Assembly: GCA_964517155.1 (NCBI GenBank)
Contig: CAZFAZ010000041.1
Span: forward strand, 1 to 34,348
From: an uncultured Thermoplasmatales archaeon
GTDB taxonomy: Archaea > Thermoplasmatota > E2 > DHVEG-1
Direction: 5' to 3'
DNA length: 34,348 bases
This document shows positions 1-9,723 of the stretch, piece by piece. The position numbers were made by a program, and so were the translations under genes. The notes below the pieces were generated by a model. It did not search any database, was not told where the DNA came from, and worked only from the letters and a program-made list of their open reading frames with translations. The stretch's first letter is position 1; each line of letters opens with the position of its first letter.

Positions 1-1607
1 CCACGTTTCGAGGTTGTTAGTTTTTCTACTTCAAGTGCGTAGTCAAGAGTTTCTGTTTTTGGGAAGTGTTTCTGTGCATATCCCTTAAGAACTGTTACGC
101 GAACATCAGGGTTTGTAACAGATTTTATTCTATGTCCTATTCCTTGGATGTTTACGTTTTTCTTCTTCATGTCTTTTATCATAAATGTTGGGTCTTCACC
201 TGCATACAAGTATTTTGTAAAATGATCTGCACTGCCTTGTACTGCTCCACCAAAACGAGGTCCAATTGTCAAAAGGCCACTTGCAAGACTGCTTACTAAG
301 TCTTTACCTGCACGAGCACAGACAATTGCGTTGTGCGCACCTGATACTGCTGGTCCATGATCTGCAGTGACAAGCACGACCATTTCTATAAAGTCGGTTG
401 CCCATTTTGGAAGTTCTTTTTTGAACCATAAAAGACCTATTACTCCGCCAAGGCCGATGTCGTCTTTGAATACCTTTGATATAGGTACTCCGCAGTACAT
501 AAGTTCTTCACCGCGGTCATCAGAAATGGTGCTGATAAACTCGGTTGGTTTTCGAATTATTCCTTCTTTAAGTGCTACTTTATAATCAATTGGTATTTTT
601 GGTGGTTCTACTTCTTCTTTTGGTTTTATTGTTCCTGCTTTTACAAGTTTTTCATATGTTTGTTTGATTTTTTTGTCAAAATCTTCAAAGCTGTTTGGAA
701 CAATTGCACCTGCATCTTTTAGTGCTTTGTTTTTTGCATCAGCGGTTTCTCTATCTGCACCAGCACGTGCTCCTGCATGGCCGAATTGAACTTCAGCGGG
801 GAACACTTTTGAGCATGTTCCTATACACCAGGCAATTAGTGGTTTTTTGATTTTACCTTTTTTGAGAAGATCGACTATTTCATATTCATCTGCACCACCT
901 ACTTCACCAAGTAGTACTATCATTTTTACTTCCGGGTTTTTCTCGTAGCGCAGGATATGGTCTATAAACACTGAGCCAGGATATCTGTCTCCACCGATTG
1001 CAACACCTTCGTATACTCCATCTGAGTTAAGGGCGATAATATTGTTTAGCTCGTTACTAAGTCCACCTGATTTTGATACATATGCAACAGATCCTGGTCT
1101 GTGAAGTTTACATGCAACAATATTGTCTAGTGTTCCTGCGGTGTTTCCAATCTTAAATGCACCACCAGCAATACCACCAACTGTTGCAGGTCCTATTATC
1201 CATTTGTTTTTATCCTTTGCAAGTTTTGCAAGATGTCTTGCACGTTTCTCAGGAACACCTTCTGCGATAACAGCTACGGTTCGAATGGTTTTTGTTTCAA
1301 GTGCTTCTTTTGTAGTATCATATGCTGATCTGAAACTTGCGAAGTTTACCATTACATCTGCATCTTTGTGTTTTGTTGTTGCTTCTGCAAGGGTTTTATA
1401 CATTGGTATCATAATTTCTTTTGTGCCCCAGAAGCATTTGTGAAGTCCTTCGCGTGTTGGGTTTACAATACATGCAACAGAAGGTTTTTCACGACGGCAT
1501 GCATAGTCAAAATCAAGCATACGTTGTATTGCATTTTGCTGAAATCCAAACACTATTGAGCGTGTATCTTTATCAAAAAGTTTATACTCGGGTTTATTTG
1601 CAGCCAT
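1..1607 (-). CDS. aclA: ATP-citrate lyase alpha (large) subunit with CoA-binding, phospho-His and citryl-CoA lyase domains; 3' end runs off the window
   Basis: Absent from the ORF track because no stop lies in the window. Manual translation from ATG at 1607 gives MAANKPEYKLFDKDTRSIVFGFQQNAIQRMLDFDYACRR. It contains EVQFGHAGA (phospho-His) and ADHGPAVSGAHN...LVSSLASGLLTIGPRFGGA (citryl-CoA lyase module). It starts 2 nt after the aclB stop. Confidence 0.93.
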   Translation of the reverse strand, partial: MAANKPEYKLFDKDTRSIVFGFQQNAIQRMLDFDYACRREKPSVACIVNPTREGLHKCFWGTKEIMIPMYKTLAEATTKHKDADVMVNFASFRSAYDTTKEALETKTIRTVAVIAEGVPEKRARHLAKLAKDKNKWIIGPATVGGIAGGAFKIGNTAGTLDNIVACKLHRPGSVAYVSKSGGLSNELNNIIALNSDGVYEGVAIGGDRYPGSVFIDHILRYEKNPEVKMIVLLGEVGGADEYEIVDLLKKGKIKKPLIAWCIGTCSKVFPAEVQFGHAGARAGADRETADAKNKALKDAGAIVPNSFEDFDKKIKQTYEKLVKAGTIKPKEEVEPPKIPIDYKVALKEGIIRKPTEFISTISDDRGEELMYCGVPISKVFKDDIGLGGVIGLLWFKKELPKWATDFIEMVVLVTADHGPAVSGAHNAIVCARAGKDLVSSLASGLLTIGPRFGGAVQGSADHFTKYLYAGEDPTFMIKDMKKKNVNIQGIGHRIKSVTNPDVRVTVLKGYAQKHFPKTETLDYALEVEKLTTSKR

Positions 1608-1608
1608 T

Positions 1609-2889
1609 TTATTTTTTCCCTCCTTCAAGTGCCATAGGAACCACACGAGTCATATGTGTCTCAGGTCCATAGACTTCTATTGGAACACCTAGTTCTTCGC
1701 CAAGTTTTTTCATGATTTTAAGCCCTTCTTGATAGTTTGGTCCACCACGGCGGACATAGATTTTTACAGGTGTATCAATTAGTTTTTTCTTGTATTCACG
1801 AAGTGCCATAGTAATACCTTTAAATGTTTTTGCAACATCTGTAAAGTTTGCTATTCCTCCACCAATTATGAGGATTTTTGGTTTTGCTTTTGAAGCTTTT
1901 TCTTTTGTCATCAAGTCAAGTATTGTCTTTGCATACTGATATGTCGATTCTGTATCAGGGTTTCCACTGTATTCTCCATAGTTTGCAAGCTCATCTTTAA
2001 ATCCAAGGTCAACAATGGTGTCTGCATAAATGACACTTGCACCGCCTCCTGCAACCATTGTCCAAACGCGTCCTTTTGGATTTAGAACTGTAAGTTTTAA
2101 GCTTGCACCTGTTTTTGCATCTAGTTCTTTTACAAAAAGCTCTCCACCTGAGAGTTTTCGGCCGAATGGTGCTGGGAATTTTAAATCACCCCATTGTGCT
2201 TTATGTTCAAACTCAGATGTATCATCTATTCTTGCGACCAAATCCAGTGGGATGATTTCTTTGTTTTCAATTGCAAAAGGATTGATTTCAAGATATGTAT
2301 AGCCAAGGTTGTCATAGAATTTGTAAAGACCTTTGATAAAATCGGATATGATTTTTTTGTTTTCCTTTGGTGTATCTTTTGGTAGTTGTTTTTCGATATC
2401 AATTTTATCAACATCTGCGTCTACATCTACATGAATTTCAGATACGGTATCCCAAACACTTTCAATATCTACCCCACCATGATTTGAGAAATATACAATA
2501 TCGCCTTCACGGTTTCCCTTAATTGCGATATAATACTCGTTTTTATGTGGAGTAAATGGTTCAATTAAAAAATGAGTGAGTTCTCCTTCGACTTTTCCAA
2601 CTTTTGTCTCTTTGTTCATTCGCTCTTTAATCCATTTTTTAGCTTGATTGTAATCTGCGTTTAGTAAAATCAGACCATGTTTTCCACGTTTTCCAAAAAG
2701 CTGATCTGGTTTTACTACAAGTTTTTCTTTTTTAAGCCAAGCATTTTTACTTGCAAGCGTGTCCATATTTGTATCTGGGTCAACAAGTGCTACTTTTCCA
2801 CTATATTTAAAATCCTTGCTGATGTAATCTTTCCAGTATTTTGCAAGCATGCTTTTAGCATCATATTCTCTAATTCCTCTTTGTGCCAT
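1609..2889 (-). CDS. aclB: ATP-citrate lyase beta (small) subunit, ATP-grasp plus citrate-binding domain
   Basis: Motifs IREYDAK, LVVKPDQLFGKRGK, VWTMVAGGGASVIYADT, LANYGEYSGNP, IGGGIANFTDVAKTF and VRRGGPNYQEGL. The likely start is ATG 2889 (MAQRG), after a GGGGAG SD; the ORF track starts at TTG 2901. Confidence 0.93.
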   Translation of the reverse strand: MAQRGIREYDAKSMLAKYWKDYISKDFKYSGKVALVDPDTNMDTLASKNAWLKKEKLVVKPDQLFGKRGKHGLILLNADYNQAKKWIKERMNKETKVGKVEGELTHFLIEPFTPHKNEYYIAIKGNREGDIVYFSNHGGVDIESVWDTVSEIHVDVDADVDKIDIEKQLPKDTPKENKKIISDFIKGLYKFYDNLGYTYLEINPFAIENKEIIPLDLVARIDDTSEFEHKAQWGDLKFPAPFGRKLSGGELFVKELDAKTGASLKLTVLNPKGRVWTMVAGGGASVIYADTIVDLGFKDELANYGEYSGNPDTESTYQYAKTILDLMTKEKASKAKPKILIIGGGIANFTDVAKTFKGITMALREYKKKLIDTPVKIYVRRGGPNYQEGLKIMKKLGEELGVPIEVYGPETHMTRVVPMALEGGKK

Positions 2890-2911
2890 ATTTTTTTTCA
2901 ACTCCCCTTTT

Positions 2912-4849
2912 TTATTTTCCTTTCATCTGATTAAGTGTTCCTCCTGCAAGCAAAACACTTTTTTGCCTGTCAGAAAGAGCATATACTACTTCAAACTCAG
3001 TTTTTTTAGTCTTATTCTTTACAACTAAGTTTTTACCTTCTTTCAAAAGCTTTTTGATATCTGGTATTTCTATATCATCACCCTGATCGATTTTATCATA
3101 GTCTTTTTCGTCTTTGAAGTTAAGCGGCAATATTCCAAAGTTTATCAGGTTTGCATTATGTATTCTTTCAATTGATTTAGCAATGACTGCTTTAACACCC
3201 ATATACATAGGACAAAGTGCTGCATGTTCACGGCTGCTACCTTGACCATAGGATAGACCTGCAACTATAATGTTGTCTTTACCACCTTCTTTTATTTTTT
3301 TTGCCCTGTCATGAAAAGTTGGGTCTACTACTTCAAATAAAAACTCAGAGTATTTTGGAACATTAGATCGATATTTCATCTTAGCACCTGCTGGAATTAT
3401 GTGATCTGTTGTGATTTTATCTTCTACTTTAATTGTTGCTTTTCCAGAGATTGTTTCTTTAAGTGGTTCTGCTGAGGGCGGGTTTCCTATGTTTGGTCCA
3501 CGATATATATCTGTTTTTTTAGCATTTTTTGGAAAGATAAACATTGAGTCATCAATATAAAATTTTTTAGGCATATCTATTTTTGGATATTTTATTCCCA
3601 TTTTCTCAAGTTTACGAGGATCTGTAACTTCTCCAGTGATTACTGCCGCAGCTGCTGTCTCTGGACTAACTAAGTATACATTTGCGCTCTTGGTTCCTGA
3701 TCTTCCTAAGAAATTACGGTTACTAGTTCTAAGTGATACTGCATCTGTTTTTGGTGACTGGCTGTTGCCGATACAAAAGCCACATGCATTTTCTGCAAAA
3801 CGAGCACCAGCTGCAAGTAGGTTTTTAAAACCACCATCTTTTGTAATGTTTTCAAGTACTTGTTTGCTTCCTGGTGCCACAACAAAGCTGACATTAGGAT
3901 GAGCGACATGACCATCGACTATTTTTGCAACAGTCATGAGATCCTTATATGATGAGTTTGTACAAGATCCTAAACATACTTGATCGACTGGCATTTTTAG
4001 ATCTTTTACTTTTGAAATATTTCCGGGGCTGTGCGGTGTTGCTGCAAGTGGCTCAAGCTCAGATAGATTAATTTCTACGATTTTATCATAATTTGCATCT
4101 TCATCTGCGACAAGTTCAACCCACTCTTTTTCTCTTCCTTGTGCTTTTAAAAATTCTTTTGTGATGTCATCACTAGGAAAAACGCTTGTTGTAACCCCAC
4201 ATTCTGCACCCATGTTTGTAATTGTTGCACGCTCTGGAACAGAAAGTGTTTTTACACCGGGTCCGCCGTATTCAAAAACACAACCAACGTTTCCTTTGGT
4301 TGTAAATATTTCAAGAACCTTTAAAATTACATCTTTTGCAGAAACCCATGGATTTAGTTTTCCTGTTAAATGAATTTTAATTACTTTTGGATAAGTTAGA
4401 TAAAAAGCTCCTCCTGCCATTGCAACTGCGACATCAAGACCACCTGCACCTATTGCAATCATTCCGATTCCTCCACCTGTTGGTGTGTGTGAATCGGAGC
4501 CGAGTAGTGTTTTTCCGGGTTTTCCAAAACGCTCAAGATGTACCTGATGACATATTCCATTGCCGGCACGGGAATATACTATTCCATATTTTGCTGCGAC
4601 ACTTTGCAGGTATTTATGGTCATCTGCGTTTTCAAAACCGATTTGAACTGTGTTGTGATCGACATAGCTAACTGATAGTTCAGTTTTTACTTTTGGTACT
4701 TTCATTGCTTCAAACTGTAAATAAGCCATAGTGCCTGTTGCATCTTGTGTGAGGGTTTGGTCTATTTTTATCCCTGTTTCTTCACCTTTTTTAGGTTTGC
4801 CTTCTAAAATATGTTTGTTTAAAATTTTTTCAGTTATTGTAAGCCCCAT
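2912..4849 (-). CDS. acn: Aconitate hydratase (short ~645-aa Aquifex/archaeal-type aconitase)
   Basis: TQDATGT, VDHN, GNGICHQV, GSDSHT, 4Fe-4S ligands GSCTNS and CGFCIG, TSNRNF, swivel domain TTDHI and YGQGSSREHAA. First gene of the acn-aclB-aclA unit. Confidence 0.9.
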   Translation of the reverse strand: MGLTITEKILNKHILEGKPKKGEETGIKIDQTLTQDATGTMAYLQFEAMKVPKVKTELSVSYVDHNTVQIGFENADDHKYLQSVAAKYGIVYSRAGNGICHQVHLERFGKPGKTLLGSDSHTPTGGGIGMIAIGAGGLDVAVAMAGGAFYLTYPKVIKIHLTGKLNPWVSAKDVILKVLEIFTTKGNVGCVFEYGGPGVKTLSVPERATITNMGAECGVTTSVFPSDDITKEFLKAQGREKEWVELVADEDANYDKIVEINLSELEPLAATPHSPGNISKVKDLKMPVDQVCLGSCTNSSYKDLMTVAKIVDGHVAHPNVSFVVAPGSKQVLENITKDGGFKNLLAAGARFAENACGFCIGNSQSPKTDAVSLRTSNRNFLGRSGTKSANVYLVSPETAAAAVITGEVTDPRKLEKMGIKYPKIDMPKKFYIDDSMFIFPKNAKKTDIYRGPNIGNPPSAEPLKETISGKATIKVEDKITTDHIIPAGAKMKYRSNVPKYSEFLFEVVDPTFHDRAKKIKEGGKDNIIVAGLSYGQGSSREHAALCPMYMGVKAVIAKSIERIHNANLINFGILPLNFKDEKDYDKIDQGDDIEIPDIKKLLKEGKNLVVKNKTKKTEFEVVYALSDRQKSVLLAGGTLNQMKGK

Positions 4850-5054
4850 ATCTTATCAACTCATTTTTTCTTCGAGTAATAACAAAATGTTTAATAAATC
4901 TTTTGTATTGTATTGTACAAATTATGAAATATGGTAATGCATTAACATAAAAATGTAATTTTTTGGTGTTTATTTTGCTCTTTTTAACATTTTTTTGTTT
5001 TAATTTTGCGAATTTGAGAAAAATATATATTTACTTTTTATATTTCACCTTGCT
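4850..5054. promoter_or_regulatory. Divergent promoter region between the acn-acl operon and the regulator, with candidate operator palindromes
   Basis: TATA-like AATATATAT at about 5022-5030 lies ~25-30 nt before the GTG at 5055 (leaderless). ACA-N6-TGT occurs at 4945-4956 and 4987-4998, TAATGCATTA at 4935-4944 and TTGTACAA at 4913-4920. Confidence 0.45.
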
Positions 5055-6113
5055 GTGAAAAAAGATATTTTAACAAAAAAAGAACAAAAAGTTCTGTATG
5101 GAATAACAAAATATCCAAATATAAATGATAGCGAATTATCAGATATTATAAATATAAAATTATCAACACTAACATCTATTAAAAAAAGACTTTATGCTCA
5201 AGGATACTATAGAACACTAGATGTGCCGCTACTAAACAGATTAGGTGCTGAACTATTAGCAGTTATATATACTACATTTAATCCTGTAATACCACTTGAT
5301 GAGCGTGTTAAAACAACAAAAGCTACAATTGAGGTTTTTGAAGAAATATTTTTTTCAGTAGGTGAACAAGAAAAAGGATTCTCAATAAGTCTTTCAAAAA
5401 ATTACACAAACATTGGACGAATCAATGAGATTCGTACAGAAACGTTTGGAAAAGTAGGGCTTTTAGAAAATGAATACCCAAATGAGAGTATATTCCCATT
5501 TGAAATAAGTCACATAAATAGATTTTTTGATTTTGCTCGTGTTTTAAAAAATCTTTTTAATATTGAAGATGACGATAGCAAAAATAATACAGATACATGG
5601 TTTAAAGATATAAACAAAAATTATTTATCTGAAAAAGAAAAAAAGGTTTATGTTGAACTTATTAAAAATCCAGATGCTACTACCCAGCAAATTGGTAAAA
5701 ATATTGGTCTTTCGCGTCATACTGTTTCAAGAATGAAAAAAAATTTTTATGATGAAAATCTTCTAAAAAAAATTACTCTTCCAAGTTTAAATCACTTGGG
5801 TTTTGAAATCCTTGCATTTTATCCGATTAAATTTAACCCAAATAAATCACCAAAAAAACAAGATATTGATGTTCTTGACACTTATTCAACGATATTTTTG
5901 GCACGTAGACAATTTGAAACGGTAATTATCTCTGCATATTCTACTTATCAAGATTATAAAGAAGATAAAATGAATAAAATAAGGTACTTAAAAGAAAATA
6001 ATTTTATTTCATATTCGCCAATTGTTGGAAAATACGTGCTTGAAAAAATGACTGTAATTAAAGACTTTGATTTTGCGCCTATTGCACAAAAAGTCATTTC
6101 AAATATTATATAA
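5055..6113 (+). CDS. Transcriptional regulator with two tandem Lrp/AsnC-like wHTH modules
   Basis: Internal duplication: LTKKEQKVLYGITKYPNINDSELSDIINIKLSTLTSIKKRL...PLLNRLGAELLA versus LSEKEKKVYVELIKNPDATTQQIGKNIGLSRHTVSRMKKNF...PSLNHLGFEILA. Confidence 0.75.
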   Translation: MKKDILTKKEQKVLYGITKYPNINDSELSDIINIKLSTLTSIKKRLYAQGYYRTLDVPLLNRLGAELLAVIYTTFNPVIPLDERVKTTKATIEVFEEIFFSVGEQEKGFSISLSKNYTNIGRINEIRTETFGKVGLLENEYPNESIFPFEISHINRFFDFARVLKNLFNIEDDDSKNNTDTWFKDINKNYLSEKEKKVYVELIKNPDATTQQIGKNIGLSRHTVSRMKKNFYDENLLKKITLPSLNHLGFEILAFYPIKFNPNKSPKKQDIDVLDTYSTIFLARRQFETVIISAYSTYQDYKEDKMNKIRYLKENNFISYSPIVGKYVLEKMTVIKDFDFAPIAQKVISNII

Positions 6114-6170
6114 AATATGGAGGAAATATACAAAAAATACTTATACTTAAATAGTATTTGCGCACCCCGT

Positions 6171-6220
6171 TTAAGGTTTAGATTTAACCTTAATTTAAGC
6201 CTTTATAAATAATTAAGGCT
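6171..6220 (+). promoter_or_regulatory. Two adjacent inverted repeats upstream of acs (operator or leader hairpins)
   Basis: TTAAGGTT(6171-6178)/AACCTTAA(6186-6193) and AGCCTT(6198-6203)/AAGGCT(6215-6220). Confidence 0.5.
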
Positions 6221-6265
6221 AATTAGAAAAAATAGATAAATAAAAACAAAGTAGGAGTGAAAAAT

Positions 6266-8212
6266 ATGGCTGAACAAGAAACAATGCCGGTCTTTAAACC
6301 GAGCAATGATTTTAGCTCAAAAGCATACATAAAAAGCATGGATGAATACAAAAAAATGTATGAAGAATCCATAAAAAACCCTGATAAATTCTGGGGCAAA
6401 CTTGCTGAAGAGCATGTAAGCTGGTACAAAAAATGGGACAAAGTACAAGAATATGATTTCAAGAAAGGTAAAATTCGATGGTTTGACGGTGCAAAACTAA
6501 ATGTTTCATATAACTGTCTTGACCGCCATGTAGAAAATGGTCATGGTGATGATATTGCAATTATCTGGGAAGGAAATGAACCAACTCAAGACAAGACTTT
6601 TACATATAAAGAGCTTTTAGATGAAGTACAAAAATTTGCAAACGTTTTAAAATCAAAAGGTGTCAAAAAAGGAGATCGTGTCTGTATTTATCTTCAGATG
6701 GTGCCTGAACTTGCAATTTCAATGCTTGCTTGTGCAAGAATAGGTGCAATACATAGTATTGTCTTTGGAGGTTTTTCAGCAGATTCCTTAAGAGATAGAA
6801 TTAATGATTCTGAATGTAAAATGCTTATCACTCAGGATGAAGGCGTTCGTGGTGCAAAACCACTTCCAATGAAAGTAACTGCAGATAAAGCACTCAAAGA
6901 AACGCCAAGTATTGAATCGACAATTGTTGTAAAAAGAGTTGGTGCAAATGTTGAGATGACTGATAAAGACTACTGGTGGCATGAAGAAATGAAAAATGCA
7001 GAACCAAACTGTCCACCAGAGCAAATGGATGCAGAAGATCCATTGTTTATTTTATATACATCTGGCTCTACTGGGAAACCAAAAGGAGTACTTCATACAA
7101 CTGCAGGATATCTTGTTTTTGTATCTGTTTCTCATAAATATATATTTGATTATCACCCCGGGGATATCTACTGGTGCACAGCAGATATTGGTTGGGTCAC
7201 AGGTCACTCATATATTATATATGGTCCACTATGCAACAAAGCAATAACTCTGGTGTATGAGGGTGTTCCAAACTATCCTGATTGGGGTCGTTTCTGGGCT
7301 GTAGTTGAAAAACACAAAGTAAACACATTTTATACAGCACCTACTGCACTTAGAGCTTTGATGAAAGAAGGAGACAACTGGGTAAAACAACACGATTTAT
7401 CTAGTTTAAAACTTCTTGGAACCGTCGGGGAGCCAATTAAATCAAAAGAGTGGAACTGGTATCACAAACTTGTTGGAGGAAATCGCTGTCCAATAGTTGA
7501 CACATGGTGGCAGACAGAAACCGGTGGAATTTTAATTACTCCTCTTCCTGGTGCAACACCATTAAAGCCTGGTAGCGCAACATATCCATTCTTTGGAGTA
7601 GAGCCAGCACTTTTGGATGATGCTGGAAATGAGCTGAAGGGAAATGGAGTTTCAGGAAACCTTGTTATAAAAACTGCATGGCCGGGTCTTATGAGAACGG
7701 TATACGGTGATCACGAAAGATTCAGAAAAACTTATTTTTCAATGTATCCCGGATACTTTTTCACAGGTGACGGATGTTTAAGAGATGAGGATGGATACTA
7801 TTGGATTACAGGTAGAGTTGACGATGTGATGAATGTATCAGGTCATAGAATAGGTACAGCAGAGGTGGAAGGAGCTCTTGGAAAACACCCAAAAGTTGCA
7901 GAAGCAGCAGTAGTGGGATTTCCTCATGAAATTAAGGGACAAGGAATTTATGCTTATGTAACTTTGAAGACTGGTGAAATAGTTGATACAAATCTTACAA
8001 AAGAGCTTGTTAATACGGTTAGACAAGAAATCGGAGCAATCGCAACACCAGATAAGATACAATATGCTGAGGGTCTTCCAAAGACACGTTCTGGTAAAAT
8101 TATGAGACGTATCCTACGTAAAATTGCAGATGGAAACGTTGACCAGATTGGTGATACAAGTACACTTGCTGATCCAAGTATTGTAGACTCTCTTGTAAAA
8201 AATAGGCAGTAA
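6266..8212 (+). CDS. acs: Acetyl-CoA synthetase (AMP-forming)
   Basis: [44 protein letters not shown] and [21 protein letters not shown] at 6254-6260 favours ATG 6266 over GTG 6257. Confidence 0.96.
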   Translation: MAEQETMPVFKPSNDFSSKAYIKSMDEYKKMYEESIKNPDKFWGKLAEEHVSWYKKWDKVQEYDFKKGKIRWFDGAKLNVSYNCLDRHVENGHGDDIAIIWEGNEPTQDKTFTYKELLDEVQKFANVLKSKGVKKGDRVCIYLQMVPELAISMLACARIGAIHSIVFGGFSADSLRDRINDSECKMLITQDEGVRGAKPLPMKVTADKALKETPSIESTIVVKRVGANVEMTDKDYWWHEEMKNAEPNCPPEQMDAEDPLFILYTSGSTGKPKGVLHTTAGYLVFVSVSHKYIFDYHPGDIYWCTADIGWVTGHSYIIYGPLCNKAITLVYEGVPNYPDWGRFWAVVEKHKVNTFYTAPTALRALMKEGDNWVKQHDLSSLKLLGTVGEPIKSKEWNWYHKLVGGNRCPIVDTWWQTETGGILITPLPGATPLKPGSATYPFFGVEPALLDDAGNELKGNGVSGNLVIKTAWPGLMRTVYGDHERFRKTYFSMYPGYFFTGDGCLRDEDGYYWITGRVDDVMNVSGHRIGTAEVEGALGKHPKVAEAAVVGFPHEIKGQGIYAYVTLKTGEIVDTNLTKELVNTVRQEIGAIATPDKIQYAEGLPKTRSGKIMRRILRKIADGNVDQIGDTSTLADPSIVDSLVKNRQ

Positions 8213-8229
8213 ATTAGTCTGCCTAAAAA

Positions 8230-8249
8230 CTCTTTTTTTTATTTTTTTT
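8230..8249 (+). terminator. Archaeal oligo-T terminator after acs
   Basis: CTCTTTTTTTTATTTTTTTT just after the stop codon. Confidence 0.55.
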
Positions 8250-8296
8250 AACACAAAATATTTTGAATGATAGTTGATACCCTATTTGTCTATAAA

Positions 8297-9157
8297 ATGA
8301 ATTATGATAATGTTGTGGGAGGCGTAGTAGAGCTTATCAGAAAAGCCGTAGTTGTGCTTCCAGATGATGTTGTAAATGCTTTAAAGCAAGCTTGTAAGAT
8401 AGAAGAAGGTATTGCAAAAATTCAACTTGAAAACATCTTAAAAAATGTTGAACTTGCAAAAAAGACAGGCAGACCTCTTTGTCAGGATACAGGTGTTCAA
8501 ACTTTTTTTGTAAAGGTTGGTAAAGATTTTTCTTACACTGGTAGTCTTAAAGAAATAATTTATCAAGGAGTTAAGAAAGCAACTATAGAGGTTCCTCTTA
8601 GACCTAATACTTTTGATGCTTTTACTCATGCGAATCATAAAGATAATGTTGGTGATTTTATTCCAGCAATAACCTGGGATTTTGTAGAAGGAGATTCTGT
8701 TGAGATTACTGCTATTCCAAAGGGGGGTGGCAGTGAAAATATGAGTAAACTAGTGATGCTTAAACCTGGGCAAGGAATTGAAGGTGTAAAAGATTTTGTT
8801 GTAAAAGAAATGATTAATGCGGGTGGTAATCCTTGCCCACCTACAGTTGTTGGTATTGGTATTGGAGGTGGTGCTGACTTGGCTATGAAACTTGGTAAAA
8901 CAGCATTACTTCGCCCCGTGGGTGTAAGTCATCCTGATAAAAATATTGCTAAAATTGAAAAATATATAAAAGACGAGGTAAACAAAAGTGGGATTGGTCC
9001 TATGGGTCTAGGTGGAAAAACAACAATTCTTGATGTTCATATTGAAAAAGCACCAAGGCATCCTGCAAGTCTTCCAGTGGGCCTTGTTGTTCAGTGTTGG
9101 GCTGATAGACGTGCAACAATGATTATTAAATCTGATGGTTCTTGGGAGGTGAAATAA
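8297..9157 (+). CDS. fumA: Class I Fe-S fumarate hydratase (fumarase/tartrate dehydratase family), alpha subunit
   Basis: RPLCQDTG, LRPN, PKGGGSEN, GGNPCPP, GIGPMGLGG, RHPASLPV and QCWA. The start is uncertain (8267 or 8297). Confidence 0.88.
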   Translation: MNYDNVVGGVVELIRKAVVVLPDDVVNALKQACKIEEGIAKIQLENILKNVELAKKTGRPLCQDTGVQTFFVKVGKDFSYTGSLKEIIYQGVKKATIEVPLRPNTFDAFTHANHKDNVGDFIPAITWDFVEGDSVEITAIPKGGGSENMSKLVMLKPGQGIEGVKDFVVKEMINAGGNPCPPTVVGIGIGGGADLAMKLGKTALLRPVGVSHPDKNIAKIEKYIKDEVNKSGIGPMGLGGKTTILDVHIEKAPRHPASLPVGLVVQCWADRRATMIIKSDGSWEVK

Positions 9158-9723
9158 TTTCCAAGTATAATCTTAAGATTCCTATTGCGTCTAAGGATGT
9201 TAAAAAACTTAGAGTTGGTGATATCCTTTATGTTTCTGGCACTATTTTTACAGCGCGTGATGCGGCACATGAAATCTTGCTTGATGAAAAAATAGACAAT
9301 ATTCCTTTTGACCCAAGTATTATGGGGCTTTATCATTGCGGTCCGTTAATGCAAAAAAAGGATGATATGTGGCATGTTGTTTCTGCGGGTCCTACGACTA
9401 GTAGTCGTATGGAGCTTTTTGAGGACAGTTTTATTAAAAAGTTTGGTATTAATCTGATAATCGGAAAAGGAGATATGGGAAAAAATACACAAAAAGCCTT
9501 ACAAAAATATATATGTGTATATGCTTCATATACTGGTGGTGCCGGTGCTCTTGCAGCAGATAGCATTAAAAAAGTAAAAGACGTATTTTATCTTGAAAAG
9601 CTTGGAATGGCAGAAGCAGTCTGGATATTTGAAGTAAAAAACTTTGGACCTTTAATTGTTGCAATGGACTCTCACGGGGGTTCAATTTATAAAGATTCCA
9701 CCAGATTTGATTATACGAGGTGA
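9142..9723 (+). CDS. fumB: Class I fumarate hydratase beta subunit
   Basis: LRVGD..Y.SG.IFTARDAAH, YHCGP, SAGPTTSSRM, IGKG, LGMAEAVW and FGPLIVAMDSHG. The start may be a non-canonical ATT at 9157 (see findings). Confidence 0.88.
   Translation: MGGEIISKYNLKIPIASKDVKKLRVGDILYVSGTIFTARDAAHEILLDEKIDNIPFDPSIMGLYHCGPLMQKKDDMWHVVSAGPTTSSRMELFEDSFIKKFGINLIIGKGDMGKNTQKALQKYICVYASYTGGAGALAADSIKKVKDVFYLEKLGMAEAVWIFEVKNFGPLIVAMDSHGGSIYKDSTRFDYTR

Noticed and set aside
66..1672. Short + strand ORFs at the left end
   Set aside because: Antisense shadows of aclA/aclB, which carry the conserved motifs.
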